DNA of 40,396 bases. It comes from Octopus bimaculoides. Lineage: Eukaryota. Shown here piece by piece: positions 11,990 through 25,147 of the stretch; within the stretch, counting starts at the first letter, position 1, and each line of letters begins with the position of its first letter. The notes beneath the pieces were generated by a model. It saw only the letters and a program-made list of their open reading frames with translations, had not been told where the DNA came from and did not search any database. The stretch covers positions 35,261,886 through 35,302,281 of the forward strand of contig NC_068986.1 of NCBI RefSeq assembly GCF_001194135.2, read 5' to 3'. The position numbers and the translations under genes are program-made.

Positions 11990-12195
11990 CGATTTAGCGA
12001 GGCAGCCTGTACGCAGTCATGTGACATGTTAGAAATAACAACCAAATCTTTTACGAATCACACTATACCATCTTTAGAGAAAAAAAAAGCAGATAAAGAA
12101 AAAAAGATATTGGACAATATAATCTTATATGAGCAAGACGACAGAATGGTCATGGATGGACTGCTTTTGATCATTGGTCAGTTGGATCAACGCTA
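11990..12195 (+). mobile_element. Interspersed repeat family D copy (SINE-like)
   Basis: tagaaatacaaccaaatcttttacgaatcacac and ctgcttttgatcattggtcagttggatcaacgcta are reverse-complement homologous to 25148-25340. Confidence 0.5.
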
Positions 12196-12199
12196 AACA

Positions 12200-12470
12200 A
12201 CAACAACAATAACAACAACTTGGAAACGGACAATCTTCCAATAGAAACAGACAGGTGGCAGTCTTAATTGTCCCCAGAATGATGTTCTCTGGGTGTGGCG
12301 ATTTTTTCTTCCTCTGTTTTTCCCTTCCTTGAACTTTCCTTGTTTCCGACGAAGAGCTCCGCTCGAAACGTCATATTCTCTCTCTTTCCTTTCCCGAGCG
12401 TCTAGTAACACAATCTGTATCACGTCCTCATGTTGTTGTTTTTTGTTGCTGTTTTTTGTCTTTTTCCTTT
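12200..12470 (+). mobile_element. Short Penelope-like (PLE)-derived repeat carrying a degenerate minimal hammerhead motif
   Basis: CCGACGA-A-gagc-tcc-gctc-GAAA-CG-TC at 12346-12372. The downstream ttcccgagcgtc...gtcctc..tgttgtt is shared with the minus strand of 30730-30810. Confidence 0.55.
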
Positions 12471-14527
12471 TTTGAACCTATATNNNNNNNNNNNNNNNNN
12501 NNNNNNNNNNNNNNNNNNNNNNNNNNNNNNNNNNNNNNNNNNNNNNNNNNNNNNNNNNNNNNNNNNNNNNNNNNNNNNNNNNNNNNNNNNNNNNNNNNNN
12601 NNNNNNNNNNNNNNNNNNNNNNNNNNNNNNNNNNNNNNNNNNNNNNNNNNNNNNNNNNNNNNNNNNNNNNNNNNNNNNNNNNNNNNNNNNNNNNNNNNNN
12701 NNNNNNNNNNNNNNNNNNNNNNNNNNNNNNNNNNNNNNNNNNNNNNNNNNNNNNNNNNNNNNNNNNNNNNNNNNNNNNNNNNNNNNNNNNNNNNNNNNNN
12801 NNNNNNNNNNNNNNNNNNNNNNNNNNNNNNNNNNNNNNNNNNNNNNNNNNNNNNNNNNNNNNNNNNNNNNNNNNNNNNNNNNNNNNNNNNNNNNNNNNNN
12901 NNNNNNNNNNNNNNNNNNNNNNNNNNNNNNNNNNNNNNNNNNNNNNNNNNNNNNNNNNNNNNNNNNNNNNNNNNNNNNNNNNNNNNNNNNNNNNNNNNNN
13001 NNNNNNNNNNNNNNNNNNNNNNNNNNNNNNNNNNNNNNNNNNNNNNNNNNNNNNNNNNNNNNNNNNNNNNNNNNNNNNNNNNNNNNNNNNNNNNNNNNNN
13101 NNNNNNNNNNNNNNNNNNNNNNNNNNNNNNNNNNNNNNNNNNNNNNNNNNNNNNNNNNNNNNNNNNNNNNNNNNNNNNNNNNNNNNNNNNNNNNNNNNNN
13201 NNNNNNNNNNNNNNNNNNNNNNNNNNNNNNNNNNNNNNNNNNNNNNNNNNNNNNNNNNNNNNNNNNNNNNNNNNNNNNNNNNNNNNNNNNNNNNNNNNNN
13301 NNNNNNNNNNNNNNNNNNNNNNNNNNNNNNNNNNNNNNNNNNNNNNNNNNNNNNNNNAGCCACGCAGAAACCTTGTTGATGCGCCATCTTTAATGTTCTA
13401 TGTAAAGGCATTGACATCATAGTTTCTCCCAATTCTACTGTCTGGCTAAAATATAGAATTCCTCTCCCCAACCATTCCGTTCCCCGATGTAGTTAATAAA
13501 CAACAACAACAACAACAACAAAAGCGACAGAAAAAAATTAATTTATAAAAAAAAAATTTGCGCGCGCGTTCACACTGACAGACAGACACACACACATACA
13601 CAGTCTCACTCTCTTTTATTCCTCTCTCTATTTCTATTCACACGCATGCACACAAATACACATACACATAGACGTATACACACACATACATATATACATG
13701 TACACACACACATATACGTATCTATATACACACACACACACACATACACACGCACACATATATATAGATACATACGTATATACCTATACATATGTATGAA
13801 TATATGATCCGTGTATGTATACACACACTACGCGCGCAGACACACACAAACTTGCTTACAAGTACATGCATATGAGTTATGTATAATTCCTGTTTATATA
13901 TATATATATATNNNNNNNNNNNNNNNNNNNNNNNNNNNNNNNNNNNNNNNNNNNNNNNNNNNNNNNNNNNNNNNNNNNNNNNNNNNNNNNNNNNNNNNNN
14001 NNNNNNNNNNNNNNNNNNNNNNNNNNNNNNNNNNNNNNNNNNNNNNNNNNNNNNNNNNNNNNNNNNNNNNNNNNNNNNNNNNNNNNNNNNNNNNNNNNNN
14101 NNNNNNNNNNNNNNNNNNNNNNNNNNNNNNNNNNNNNNNNNNNNNNNNNNNNNNNNNNNNNNNNNNNNNNNNNNNNNNNNNNNNNNNNNNNNNNNNNNNN
14201 NNNNNNNNNNNNNNNNNNNNNNNNNNNNNNNNNNNNNNNNNNNNNNNNNNNNNNNNNNNNNNNNNNNNNNNNNNNNNNNNNNNNNNNNNNNNNNNNNNNN
14301 NNNNNNNNNNNNNNNNNNNNNNNNNNNNNNNNNNNNNNNNNNNNNNNNNNNNNNNNNNNNAAAAAGATAATGTAAAAATACGAAATAAAATAAAAACAGT
14401 AGAATAGTAACAAAAAAAAAATCTAGTTCCATTAAGTCTGATATTTTCTTCGTTAATGTACTAGAATTCTGTTTCTTCTAAGATCTCGAATGAATATTTT
14501 GAAGAATATAGTGAAATTTTTTTTTTA

Positions 14528-15280
14528 AGGTGATGGTTGTGGATTGGTTGAATCGTTGTGTGTCAGATAGAATGCTCTGCGGTGTTTCTTCCGGTTCTGA
14601 GTTCAAATCTCACTGAGATCAATTTTGTCTTTAATCCTCCGGGGGGTCGATAAGATAAAGTAAAAATCAAAGACTGGGGTCGGTAAAATCTACTTAGCTC
14701 CTCACCATAAATTTCTGGCTTTGTGCCTGAGGGTAGTCGATTGACAGAGCGTCACATAAAATGCCTTGTGTTATTTGTTACAGTTCCTTTTATTCTGGGT
14801 TCAAATCTTACCAAGGTCAACTTTGATTTCCAACCTTCCGGGCTCGATGATAAAGTAAGGTACCAATCAAGAACTGAGGCAGATATAATATACTAATTCC
14901 CACCTACTAAAATTTTGGGCTTGGTGCCTATACTAGAAATTTAAAGAAGGACTGATGGCAGATTCGTAAAATCGCTGGGCAAAAAAGCATCATGGTATTG
15001 CGGTTCTTAACGTTCTGTGTTCAAATCCTATCATGGTTAGATATATCGTCCCTCTTCTGGATCGATAAAATAAAGTGCCACTTAAGTATAGGGATTGGTG
15101 AGATCTACTATTCCTGGCCTCCAAATTTGACATGTTGCATCTAAGGAAGAAATCAATATTTTGATAAAGATAGCACAATGGCAGAGTCGGCAGCATGTCG
15201 GACACAATGCCTTGTGGTATTTGTTCCACCTCTCTGTGCTCTGAATTCAAATCACACAGAAATTTACTTTGCCTTTTATC
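14528..15280 (+). mobile_element. Head-to-tail array of four diverged SINE family A-related copies
   Basis: B-box-like (g/a)ttcaaatc recurs near 14601, 14800, 15019 and 15246. The first three are followed by gtcgat/ctcgat/atcgat..aaag and a tail motif (ttgtgcct, ttggtgccta); the fourth is cut at 15280. Confidence 0.75.
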
Positions 15281-15627
15281 TGTACCAGATACGCACTGAA
15301 GTTGATTTTCTTCTCTCTGTTACAGAATTAGTTACGGGAGAGAGAACAAAAACGGAGTACGAACATTTCTCAACTCCGCTCCTATTCTTTTCAGTACTAC
15401 ACTGTCTCTACTCATCACACACGAACTTCTGGACTCGCTACCTTGTTTCATTCTGGACTATTTATTCTGGACTTATTTATTCTGGACTTTTTATTCTGGA
15501 CTTTGCACTCTTCGGCTGCACCTCTCCTGCCTACGGATTACGACGTACCTATCTACTGATAAGAAATCGCCGCAATACACCACGACGTCTGAAGCCTTTG
15601 AACTTTTTCACTTGTGTAAAACCTCCA
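15281..15627. mobile_element. Possible solo LTR interrupting the fourth SINE copy
   Basis: Starts TG (tgtacc) and ends CA (acctcca); flanks TTATC and TTATT match at 4/5 positions; contains an internal (ttattctggact) array. No coding evidence. Confidence 0.3.
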
Positions 15628-16111
15628 TTATTATTATTACTATTTTTATCCTCTTCTTCTTAACTCTCCTGTGTGTCCTTCTGTCCGGCATTCGCCATGN
15701 NNNNNNNNNNNNNNNNNNNNNNNNNNNNNNNNNNNNNNNNNNNNNNNNNNNNNNNNNNNNNNNNNNNNNNNNNNNNNNNNNNNNNNNNNNNNNNNNNNNN
15801 NNNNNNNNNNNNNNNNNNNNNNNNNNNNNNNNNNNNNNNNNNNNNNNNNNNNNNNNNNNNNNNNNNNNNNNNNNNNNNNNNNNNNNNNNNNNNNNNNNNN
15901 NNNNNNNNNNNNNNNNNNNNNNNNNNNTATATATATATATATATATATATTCTCTCCTTGTTTCTTTCTAAAAATATTTAATTTATTCCTTCGCCATTTA
16001 GCTCACTGAAAAAAAATATATATTATTCTGACAGACTTCGGGAAGTGGACAGATATGATGTCATGAGACCTCAAAGTTTACATATGAACAGTAAATCCAT
16101 ATGCAATTTTA

Positions 16112-16187
<76 letters not shown>

Positions 16188-16271
16188 GCCCTAACCACTG
16201 GGCCATTGCACCTTCACTATATTCTTATATATAAAAGAATAAAAGAATATGTATGTATGTATGTATGTCTG

Positions 16272-16302
<31 letters not shown>

Positions 16303-16396
16303 GTGTATATTATATATTAGTAAAATTACAAGTAATGATGACGTAGGGTTTCTAAGAATGCTAAAAGGAAAGTTAAGTAACATTTATATATTTCAG

Positions 16397-16435
16397 ATAC
16401 AACCACTCATCATCAGAAGCGAACGGTTCATAAAT
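16397..16435 (+). CDS. Candidate 39-nt symmetric exon
   Basis: Acceptor tttatatatttcAG at 16395-16396 and donor AAT|GTAAGT at 16436. Open in two frames (IQPLIIRSERFIN or xTTTHHQKRTVHK). Confidence 0.3.
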
Positions 16436-16464
16436 GTAAGTTTATGTAGATCCGGCCATTTTGA

Positions 16465-16532
<68 letters not shown>

Positions 16533-16976
16533 ATGTATGTATGTATGTACGTACGTTCAGTTGCAATGGATGGTAGGGTTGGCAGCCAAATGATCGTTGC
16601 ATCGTGTCATGGCGGTGTCACGCTGCGTTCTGTGTAGGGCAGATGATTTTTAACTCACAACCCTCTAATTTTGAGTGACGACCTTGCACTCTAAGCTTTC
16701 GGTATCACGGAGATATTGACGTTTGTTTCAATATCTTGCGTTCTTAACTTCAGTTCCTCCCATTAAACAGGAATGTGATCCGCCTCACTGTGTGTTATCA
16801 ATCATTTACACACACGATTGTATTTATTTAAACCAGAATTAATACATGCACAACGCGGCGCATATTTTATAGAAATGAAATGAAATGAATCATACATACA
16901 TACATATATATGTGTACTTATGTATATGTATGCTAACCACTCACGTACACATAAACAGAATATATATAAATATACA

Positions 16977-17059
<83 letters not shown>

Positions 17060-17288
17060 CCATATACACACATATGAATTTGTTAAGCATACATAATTGA
17101 CTCTATATGTGTGTTATATATACGTGTGTAGTTGCCTATTTGTGTATGCATGCAAACATCATAAAACTCTGTAGATACACAGAGACATATATACACATAA
17201 ATACTTATACACGCACACACATACATATATATATTACGTGTATGGCTACAGCCTAAGGGCTGAAACGTATATAAGTATATATACATAC

Positions 17289-17321
<33 letters not shown>

Positions 17322-17913
17322 ATAGTCACACACACATACATATATATATATATGTATGCATATAAATGAATAGTAAATACGCATTTGATATCATTATATA
17401 TATTTACATATACATATATATGCATACACATATACAGATGGTTAGATTAATGCATAGCTACACACACAAAATCTATATTTGTATATATGTATATATGTAT
17501 GTGTTTGTAATGCATTAGAAAATACACGCACATTTTTATGTTCTTGTCAATGTTTGGTACTTTGGGAGAGAATTTGATATATAAAAGCTTTCAAAAATGC
17601 CAGCAGTATTTTATATGAGGGTCATGTGACCTTATCATCAAGATGTCCTGCAATACAAATGGCGGTTAAGGTGTGAGCAGACGTTCATATTTATTGTAAC
17701 TATGTGACATTGTCTTTTATTATAATGGTTTTTATTGCAGCCCATTAAAAAAGTATTCTGGTGATTAGTAGAAAGGGGAAAGAACAGGGCGGACGAAATA
17801 ATTTTATGAATATTTTCGATGAGTGTTGTTTCTTGACGTTGTTGAAAGATTTTTTATGCATTTTGATAGTTTTAATGATATCATGGCAAGGCGCCATTTT
17901 AACATCATGCGCA

Positions 17914-17916
<3 letters not shown>

Positions 17917-17999
<83 letters not shown>
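17917..17999. repeat. Long pure (CA)n microsatellite
   Basis: Direct reading. Confidence 0.95.
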
Positions 18000-18002
<3 letters not shown>

Positions 18003-18254
18003 GCACGAACGCACGCACGCACACATGTACACGCTCACACAGACACACATTGGTACAAACTCACTCACTTACGTAGATATACATATATCCCTATATGTAT
18101 GCATATACGTATATGCATATATACAAATACTCATATAATCTCATATAAAAAGACGTATAAAAGACGTTTATTCAGGCATAAACTAATGAACAAATACGCA
18201 CAACATTCCTAACTTATACATACATACTAACTTATACATACATACATACATACA

Positions 18255-18287
<33 letters not shown>

Positions 18288-19708
18288 GCTTATATACATA
18301 CATATATACAGACATACATACTCTGATAACATGCATACACACATCCATAAAACACACTAAAAATATGTCCGCGCTTAAACGAACACACACGTACTCAGGC
18401 ACACATGCACTAACATACACGCATACATGCTCTGACAAACACACACGTGCACACACATACACACTTACAAACATATATGTATGTATGTATGTACATATAT
18501 GTGCATATATATATATATATATGTTGTACCTGCATACATGCATATTTATATAGATATATGGACATGTATATATGTATATATNNNNNNNNNNCATGTACAG
18601 ATTCTTGAAAGTATAAGCCGAGATTTGGTGTGTCATGACATAGTACGATATATATATATATATATGCATACCAAACACGTACATAAATACGCGAAACGCA
18701 TGACGGACGCACGTGCACACACATACATGCATATATATATATATATATATATATGTGCGTGTGCATATATATATACATGTATATATGCATACACACACTA
18801 ATACACACACACTTATATATCAAAAGCAAACATATACACACTCAAGCATATGTATAATGCACAAACATACATATGGGGATATATTCACATATACTACATG
18901 TGTATTAAACACGCATGGATATAAGCATACATATGTATGTATTCATGTATGTGTTTGTGCGTGTAAGTATATATATATATATATATATATATAAACATAT
19001 CCATTATTATCTACACAATACGTATATATCACGCTCGCGAGCGGATATGCGAAAGTACATNNNNNNNNNNNNNNNNNNNNNNNNNNNNNNNNNNNNNNNN
19101 NNNNNNNNNNNNNNNNNNNNNNNNNNNNNNNNNNNNNNNNNNNNNNNNNNNNNNNNNNNNNNNNNNNNNNNNNNNNNNNNNNNNNNNNNNNNNNNNNNNN
19201 NNNNNNNNNNNNNNNNNNNNNNNNNNNNNNNNNNNNNNNNNNNNNNNNNNNNNNNNNNNNNNNNNNNNNNNNNNNNNNNNNNNNNNNNNNNNNNNNNNNN
19301 NNNNNNNNNNNNNNNNNNNNNNNNNNNNNNNNNNNNNNNNNNNNNNNNNNNNNNNNNNNNNNNNNNNNNNNNNNNNNNNNNNNNNNNNNNNNNNNNNNNN
19401 NNNNNNNNNNNNNNNNNNNNNNNNNNNNNNNNNNNNNNNNNNNNNNNNNNNNNNNNNNNNNNNNNNNNNNNNNNNNNNNNNNNNNNNNNNNNNNNNNNNN
19501 NNNNNNNNNNNNNNNNNNNNNNNNNNNNNNNNNNNNNNNNNNNNNNNNNNNNNNNNNNNNNNNNNNNNNNNNNNNNNNNNNNNNNNNNNNNNNNNNNNNN
19601 NNNNNNNNNNNNNNNNNNNNNNNNNNNNNNNNNNNNNNNNNNNNNNNNNNNNNNNNNNNNNNNNNNNNNNNNNNNNNNNNNNNNNNNNNNNNNNNNNNNN
19701 NNNNNNNN

Positions 19709-20023
19709 CGAGCAAATCGACTCCGGGACTTATTCTTTGTAAGCCTAGTACTTATTCTATCGGTCTATTTTTGCCGAACCGCTAAGTAACGGGGACATAA
19801 ACACACCAGCATCGGTTGTCAAGCAATGCTAGGGGGACAAACACAGACTCACAAACACACACGCACACACACATATATACATATATACGACGGGCTTCTT
19901 TCAGTTTCCGTCTACCAAATCCACTCACAAGGCTTTGGTCGGCCCGAGGCTATAGTAGCAGACACATCGCATTACCAACCACATGGTTCTGGGCTCAGTC
20001 CCACTGCGTGGCACCTTGGGCAA
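19709..20023 (-). mobile_element. SINE family B copy with an inverted 5' segment
   Basis: Reverse complement of the body at 31122-31504 up to 19965; segment 19975-20023 has the opposite orientation. Confidence 0.85.
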
Positions 20024-20296
20024 CAAAAAGACGAGAAGGTCATGTAGGGAATGCCTTTGATCACAGACCAACTCAATCAGTGGTAGCAGGGGGCCTATAC
20101 AGCAACAAACGGAAAAACACGTTACATTGTAATAGTTTAACCCAAGGACAGCTTTGATCTACAAGCCCAAGATTAAACAGATTGTGATCATCCATTTTGT
20201 TTGTTTTGTTTTGCATATTAGAGATTACGTTGTCAAATTTTTATTTACTCGAATTGAAATGTTCGTGGAAAAATCTTTTCTGCTAAAACCGATTTC

Positions 20297-20332
<36 letters not shown>

Positions 20333-20839
20333 AGGAAAAGGCAAAAGAAAAAAGAAAAAGAAAAAAAGAAAAGAAATGACAAAATCTGATTTCCATAAAA
20401 ATGATTTGGAAATTTGATATCGCTCTGAAGAGAACAAATTAAGATCGAAATACGGATATGAGAATGGAATTTTGTCATATAATCTTTATCGTTATGAAAT
20501 AAATAAACTTGGAATGCATCAGATATGATTCTACCATAGGATTATAATTCATATCAGGAAATACACAAGTAAATATGACAAACCAATTATAAAAAGTTGC
20601 TTATAACTGTCCATTGTATTTTTCGATTATCTTTTTGAGACGTTAGGATTAAATTTGCGGAAGATTTGGCTGATATTTCTAGGAGTTTAAATAGTGACTC
20701 TTCTTTTGTCTCGGTGATTGTCTGCGTATTATGAAATACCAAAACAATCTCGCTTTACATTAAAGAACATTTCATTTTTATTTTGTCTTGTGCAATATCC
20801 AAGGACGTTTGGTAACTTAAAAGTGAGAAGTCGAGCCCT

Positions 20840-20879
<40 letters not shown>

Positions 20880-21181
20880 NNNNNNNNNNNNNNNNNNNNN
20901 NNNNNNNNNNNNNNNNNNNNNNNNNNNNNNNNNNNNNNNNNNNNNNNNNNNNNNNNNNNNNNNNNNNNNNNNNNNNNNNNNNNNNNNNNNNNNNNNNNNN
21001 NNNNNNNNNNNNNNNNNNNNNNNNNNNNNNNNNNNNNNNNNNNNNNNNNNNNNNNNNNNNNNNNNNNNNNNNNNNNNNNNNNNNNNNNNNNNNNNNNNNN
21101 NNNNNNNNNNNNNNNNNNNNNNNNNNNNNNNNNNNNNNNNNNNNNNNNNNNNNNNNNNNATATATAATCTGTTATATCAGT

Positions 21182-21485
21182 GAAGGCGTGTGGCTTAGTG
21201 TTTAGGGTATCGGGTTCACAATCGTATGATCGTGGGTTCGATTCCCGGCAGCACGACACTGTATTTCACGTTGTTCTAGTCCACTCAGCTAGCAAAAATG
21301 AGTAGTACCTGTCTTTCAAAGGACCAGCCACGTCGCATTCTGTGTCACGTTGAATCTCCCTCAGAACTACGTTAAGGCTACACGTGTCTGTGGAGTACTC
21401 AGCCACTTGTATGTTAATTTCACGAGTTAGCTGTTTCATTGATCGGATCAACTGGAACACTCGTTGTCGTAACCGACGGAGTGAC
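21182..21485 (+). mobile_element. tRNA-derived SINE family C with Pol III boxes
   Basis: A box TGGCTTAGTG at 21191-21200 and B box GGTTCGATTCC at 21235-21245, followed by a non-tRNA body of about 240 nt. Confidence 0.8.
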
Positions 21486-21819
21486 AGCAGTCTTGTTATA
21501 TTGAACCTATAAAATAGTTCAAGCTAGGTACTGATGCGTAGAACGGCATACGCAAAAATACTTCTATAATAATAAAAGCAAAGTGACAAGGTGCATCATC
21601 TTGCTGAAAAACTGTATTCTCTATCAGCTCTAATTGGTCAAGCTTAGGAATGAAGTAATTTTGTAGCATTGCACCATAACTTTATGAACGCCCTGTACAT
21701 GTGCATATACACATATGTATGCATGTATGTGTGTATGTATGTATGTATGTATGTATGTATGTATGTATGTATGTATGTATGTGTGTATGTATGTGTGTAT
21801 GTATGTGTGTGCGTATATG

Positions 21820-21868
<49 letters not shown>

Positions 21869-22235
21869 ATATATTTATTTATCTATATGCAGATATAATT
21901 ATAGATTTTGAGATCAGATCTTAAAGTTTTATGAGATACATACTTTATCATCAGTGGAGGAAGAGGTCTTATAATCGGACGTATCCAATTTACGATGTAA
22001 GATTTATTTCTGTAAAAAGACATAAAATGTAGCATAATAAACATGACAATAAATAAAAAAAATAAATAAAAGTGTTATATACATACTCACAACATCTATT
22101 GGAGAATAAATTTAAATATATTAACATTTTAATGAGCTTTGCTTATTTAAGAAGGGACTAAATTATCAGATAAAATTTCGTAATGTATACAAGAGTCAAT
22201 TTAATTGATAAATAAATGTATTAGTATACATGGGT

Positions 22236-22419
22236 AAGGTATTGGTTTGGGTACGCGGTTAAGAAGTTTGATACAGAACCACACGGTTCCAAGTTCGATC
22301 CAGCTGCACGGTATCTTGGTAAAGTGTTTTCTAACATACAAAGTTTTACCAATATTTTAGTAAAATCTGATTGACCGAAACTGTGCTGAATAATGTCATG
22401 TTTGTGTATGTGTGTGTGC

Positions 22420-22420
<1 letters not shown>
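22236..22420 (+). mobile_element. Degraded 5' half of a SINE family B copy
   Basis: ggttaagaagtttg..aaccacacggttccaagttcgatccagctgcacggtatcttggtaaagtgttttct aligns with the head of 31122-31200. Confidence 0.65.
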
Positions 22421-22464
<44 letters not shown>

Positions 22465-23039
22465 CATACATATATATAATTTGCTGTTAATAAAAGCCAA
22501 GGTGCGTTGCGTTCCGTTGCGTTCCGTTGCTTAAACGGAAAAATTGTATTGTAAATAGACAAACGACAAGAATATATAACGTATATTAAGTGCACAAATG
22601 ACGGGAAACAGACTCCGAAGGTACCCGATTCTTCATCAGTTATCAACCAGATAGTATTACTCAGTTTCGCGCCATTAATGATAAGACTGAGGGGTTTCCC
22701 ATGCTGCCGGTACCCGCGAAAGTTGCGGAGAGTATAGGGCCGAGAGCAAACAAGACATGAATAACAAGCGAAACAGAAGTGGACATACGAAAGTGAATAA
22801 ATGTAATTTAAGACGAAGGACGAAGGACAAAGGCGAAATAAATGAGGATCGAGCAAAATATGGCCTCGGGGTCAAAAAGATACGAATGATGGGTAACGCT
22901 TAGAGGGCCATCCTAAAGAATAGAAACAGCAAGACGTGAGCCAGTGGGACACAGAGAATTTAGGACCGGTCAGCTACGAGACCGAGGTAAAAAAAGGGAG
23001 AGAAAGACAGAAAGGCTGACCATGGGTCACGTGTCAGCA

Positions 23040-23133
23040 GCTAACTAACTAACTAATTAACTAACTAACTAACTAACGAACGAACTAACTAATTAACTAA
23101 CTAACGAACGAACTAACTAACTAACTAATTAAT

Positions 23134-23176
<43 letters not shown>

Positions 23177-23253
23177 TTAATTAACTAACTAACTAATTAA
23201 TTAACTAACTAACTAACGAACGAACTAACTAACTAACGAACGAACGAACTAAT

Positions 23254-23305
<52 letters not shown>

Positions 23306-23306
23306 G

Positions 23307-23341
<35 letters not shown>

Positions 23342-23364
23342 GAACGAACTAACTAACTAACTAA
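23040..23364. repeat. (CTAA)n tetranucleotide array with CGAA/TTAA variants
   Basis: Direct reading, about 325 bp. Confidence 0.95.
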
Positions 23365-23781
23365 ATGGAAAGCAAGTATCCAATACAATTATCACGATCG
23401 TTTTTTTACCTCCCATTCTATGTATGTCATTGGTAGCTATGGATAAGGTAAAACGAGCATTAATTTTATCGCCAAACATATATAAGGATTTTTGTGCTTC
23501 AAAAGAAACCAATATATTTTTAGAATATTGCTATTCATTGCTCTGATGTTATTACCTAGAACTATAACGGAATAACAAAAGTTTCAATTAACGCCGGTGC
23601 TAAAGTTTACCGTTTTCCTCTATCGTTCTTTCCCCCGCTCCCCTGAAGTCGTTAAAATAATACTTGAGTCGATTCCATTAACTCGATTTCCCTTTTCCTT
23701 ATAAACAAAGCTAAACGAAAGGGTGTCTTTTAGTTTATAAATCCAACGTTTCGCTCTATTTCTCAAACCGTTCCTCTCCAG

Positions 23782-23856
23782 TGAATTTGACAGCATGTTG
23801 CTATAGAAACAGGAAACAGAAAACGTATAAGCTCACCGTTGATTCTAACGATGCAG
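23782..23856 (+). CDS. Candidate 75-nt symmetric exon (phase 1 to 1)
   Basis: Acceptor tttctcaaaccgttcctctccAG at 23780-23781 and donor CAG|GTATGC at 23857. Single open frame: xNLTACCYRNRKQKTYKLTVDSNDA. Confidence 0.4.
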
Positions 23857-24194
23857 GTATGCATATCGACATGAACTGAAAAACATTGCGTTCGTTTGTT
23901 TGAATATTGGATATTATTAACTTGCTTATTTTAGATTCTTTAAATAGGGGCACACACATACACACATCAAAAACACCCCACCACATGTAGAATGTCTATC
24001 TATCTATCTGTATGTATGTATGTATGTATGTATGTATGTATGTATGTATGTATGTGTGTGTGTGTATGTATGTATGTGTGTGTGTGTGTGTGTGTATATC
24101 TTTATCCTTCATCTTTTACTTATTTCATTCATTTACCTGCGGCCATGCGGAGGCATCGTCTTAAAACAAAAGAACTAATACAAATATGCAAATA

Positions 24195-24225
<31 letters not shown>

Positions 24226-24422
24226 TCGTGCGCGTGTATATATATACATGCATATGTATATATATATATCTATATAAATATAGCTTAATATGTATGCATC
24301 ATATATATATGGTGTATATATGTATCTTTATATAGTACGCATATATATATGTATGTATATGTATATATATATGGCATATATGTATATATGTATGTATGTG
24401 TTTGTGTGTGCGTCTGTGCAAA

Positions 24423-24464
<42 letters not shown>

Positions 24465-25147
24465 TGAAATAAGGTACACAGACACACATACTCAAACACA
24501 TACAGACATACACACACAATCACACGCATACATACACACGAACACATACACGTTTAGATGCAATCCCACAGGTGGCAAATTGAGAATGCAGCGGGGAAAC
24601 TCCAAGTGAATCATCAACACACATACAGGCATACATAAACATATACATGTAATATATGTATACAGGATGTGCATACATATAATATAAACGAGATACCTGC
24701 ATGTATAAACGCACACATGCATGCACGAGCACACTGCGGACGACGTATAACATTACTTCTCTATTCCCGTTTTCCCCATTTATTAACAATTTAATGAGGC
24801 TGATCTTAACACTAACTTCGGGAAATCTACATATCGCTGATTGAATAAAAACTTTATGATTTTCTTCCATTTAAAATTACGGAATATCAACAATTTAATT
24901 GATAACTATCAATACGCGAATAAATTAACGCTGCCTTGCAATTAAAGTTCCTTTGATAATGGCAGAAAGTCAATATTTCGTACAAGAGAGACTTTGTTGA
25001 TTGAACCGATTCCACCTTATTTATGGCACTTAATTCATCCAACGTGAATACATGAAAGGCGAGATCGAATTTAAGCGACTTGTTCTTGGTGATTTTGTCG
25101 TCGTCGTTGTTGTTGTTGTTCTTTTTGTTGTTGCTGTTGTTGTCTCT

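Noticed and set aside
17640-17905. YY1-like motifs (AAATGGCG, CGCCATTTT) and GTCATGTGAC as a possible promoter
   Set aside because: Short motifs alone, with no CpG island or clear first exon, are insufficient.
20424-20462. CTGAAGA...GAAA motif
   Set aside because: Helix II has only 2 bp and there is no helix I pairing; most likely chance.
21182-21250. tRNA-like sequence with A and B boxes
   Set aside because: No complete cloverleaf or acceptor stem, and it continues into a SINE body. Called a SINE head, not a tRNA gene.
23040-23364. (TTAG)n on the minus strand as a possible interstitial telomeric array
   Set aside because: The unit is a tetramer, not TTAGGG or TTAGG; treated as an ordinary SSR.
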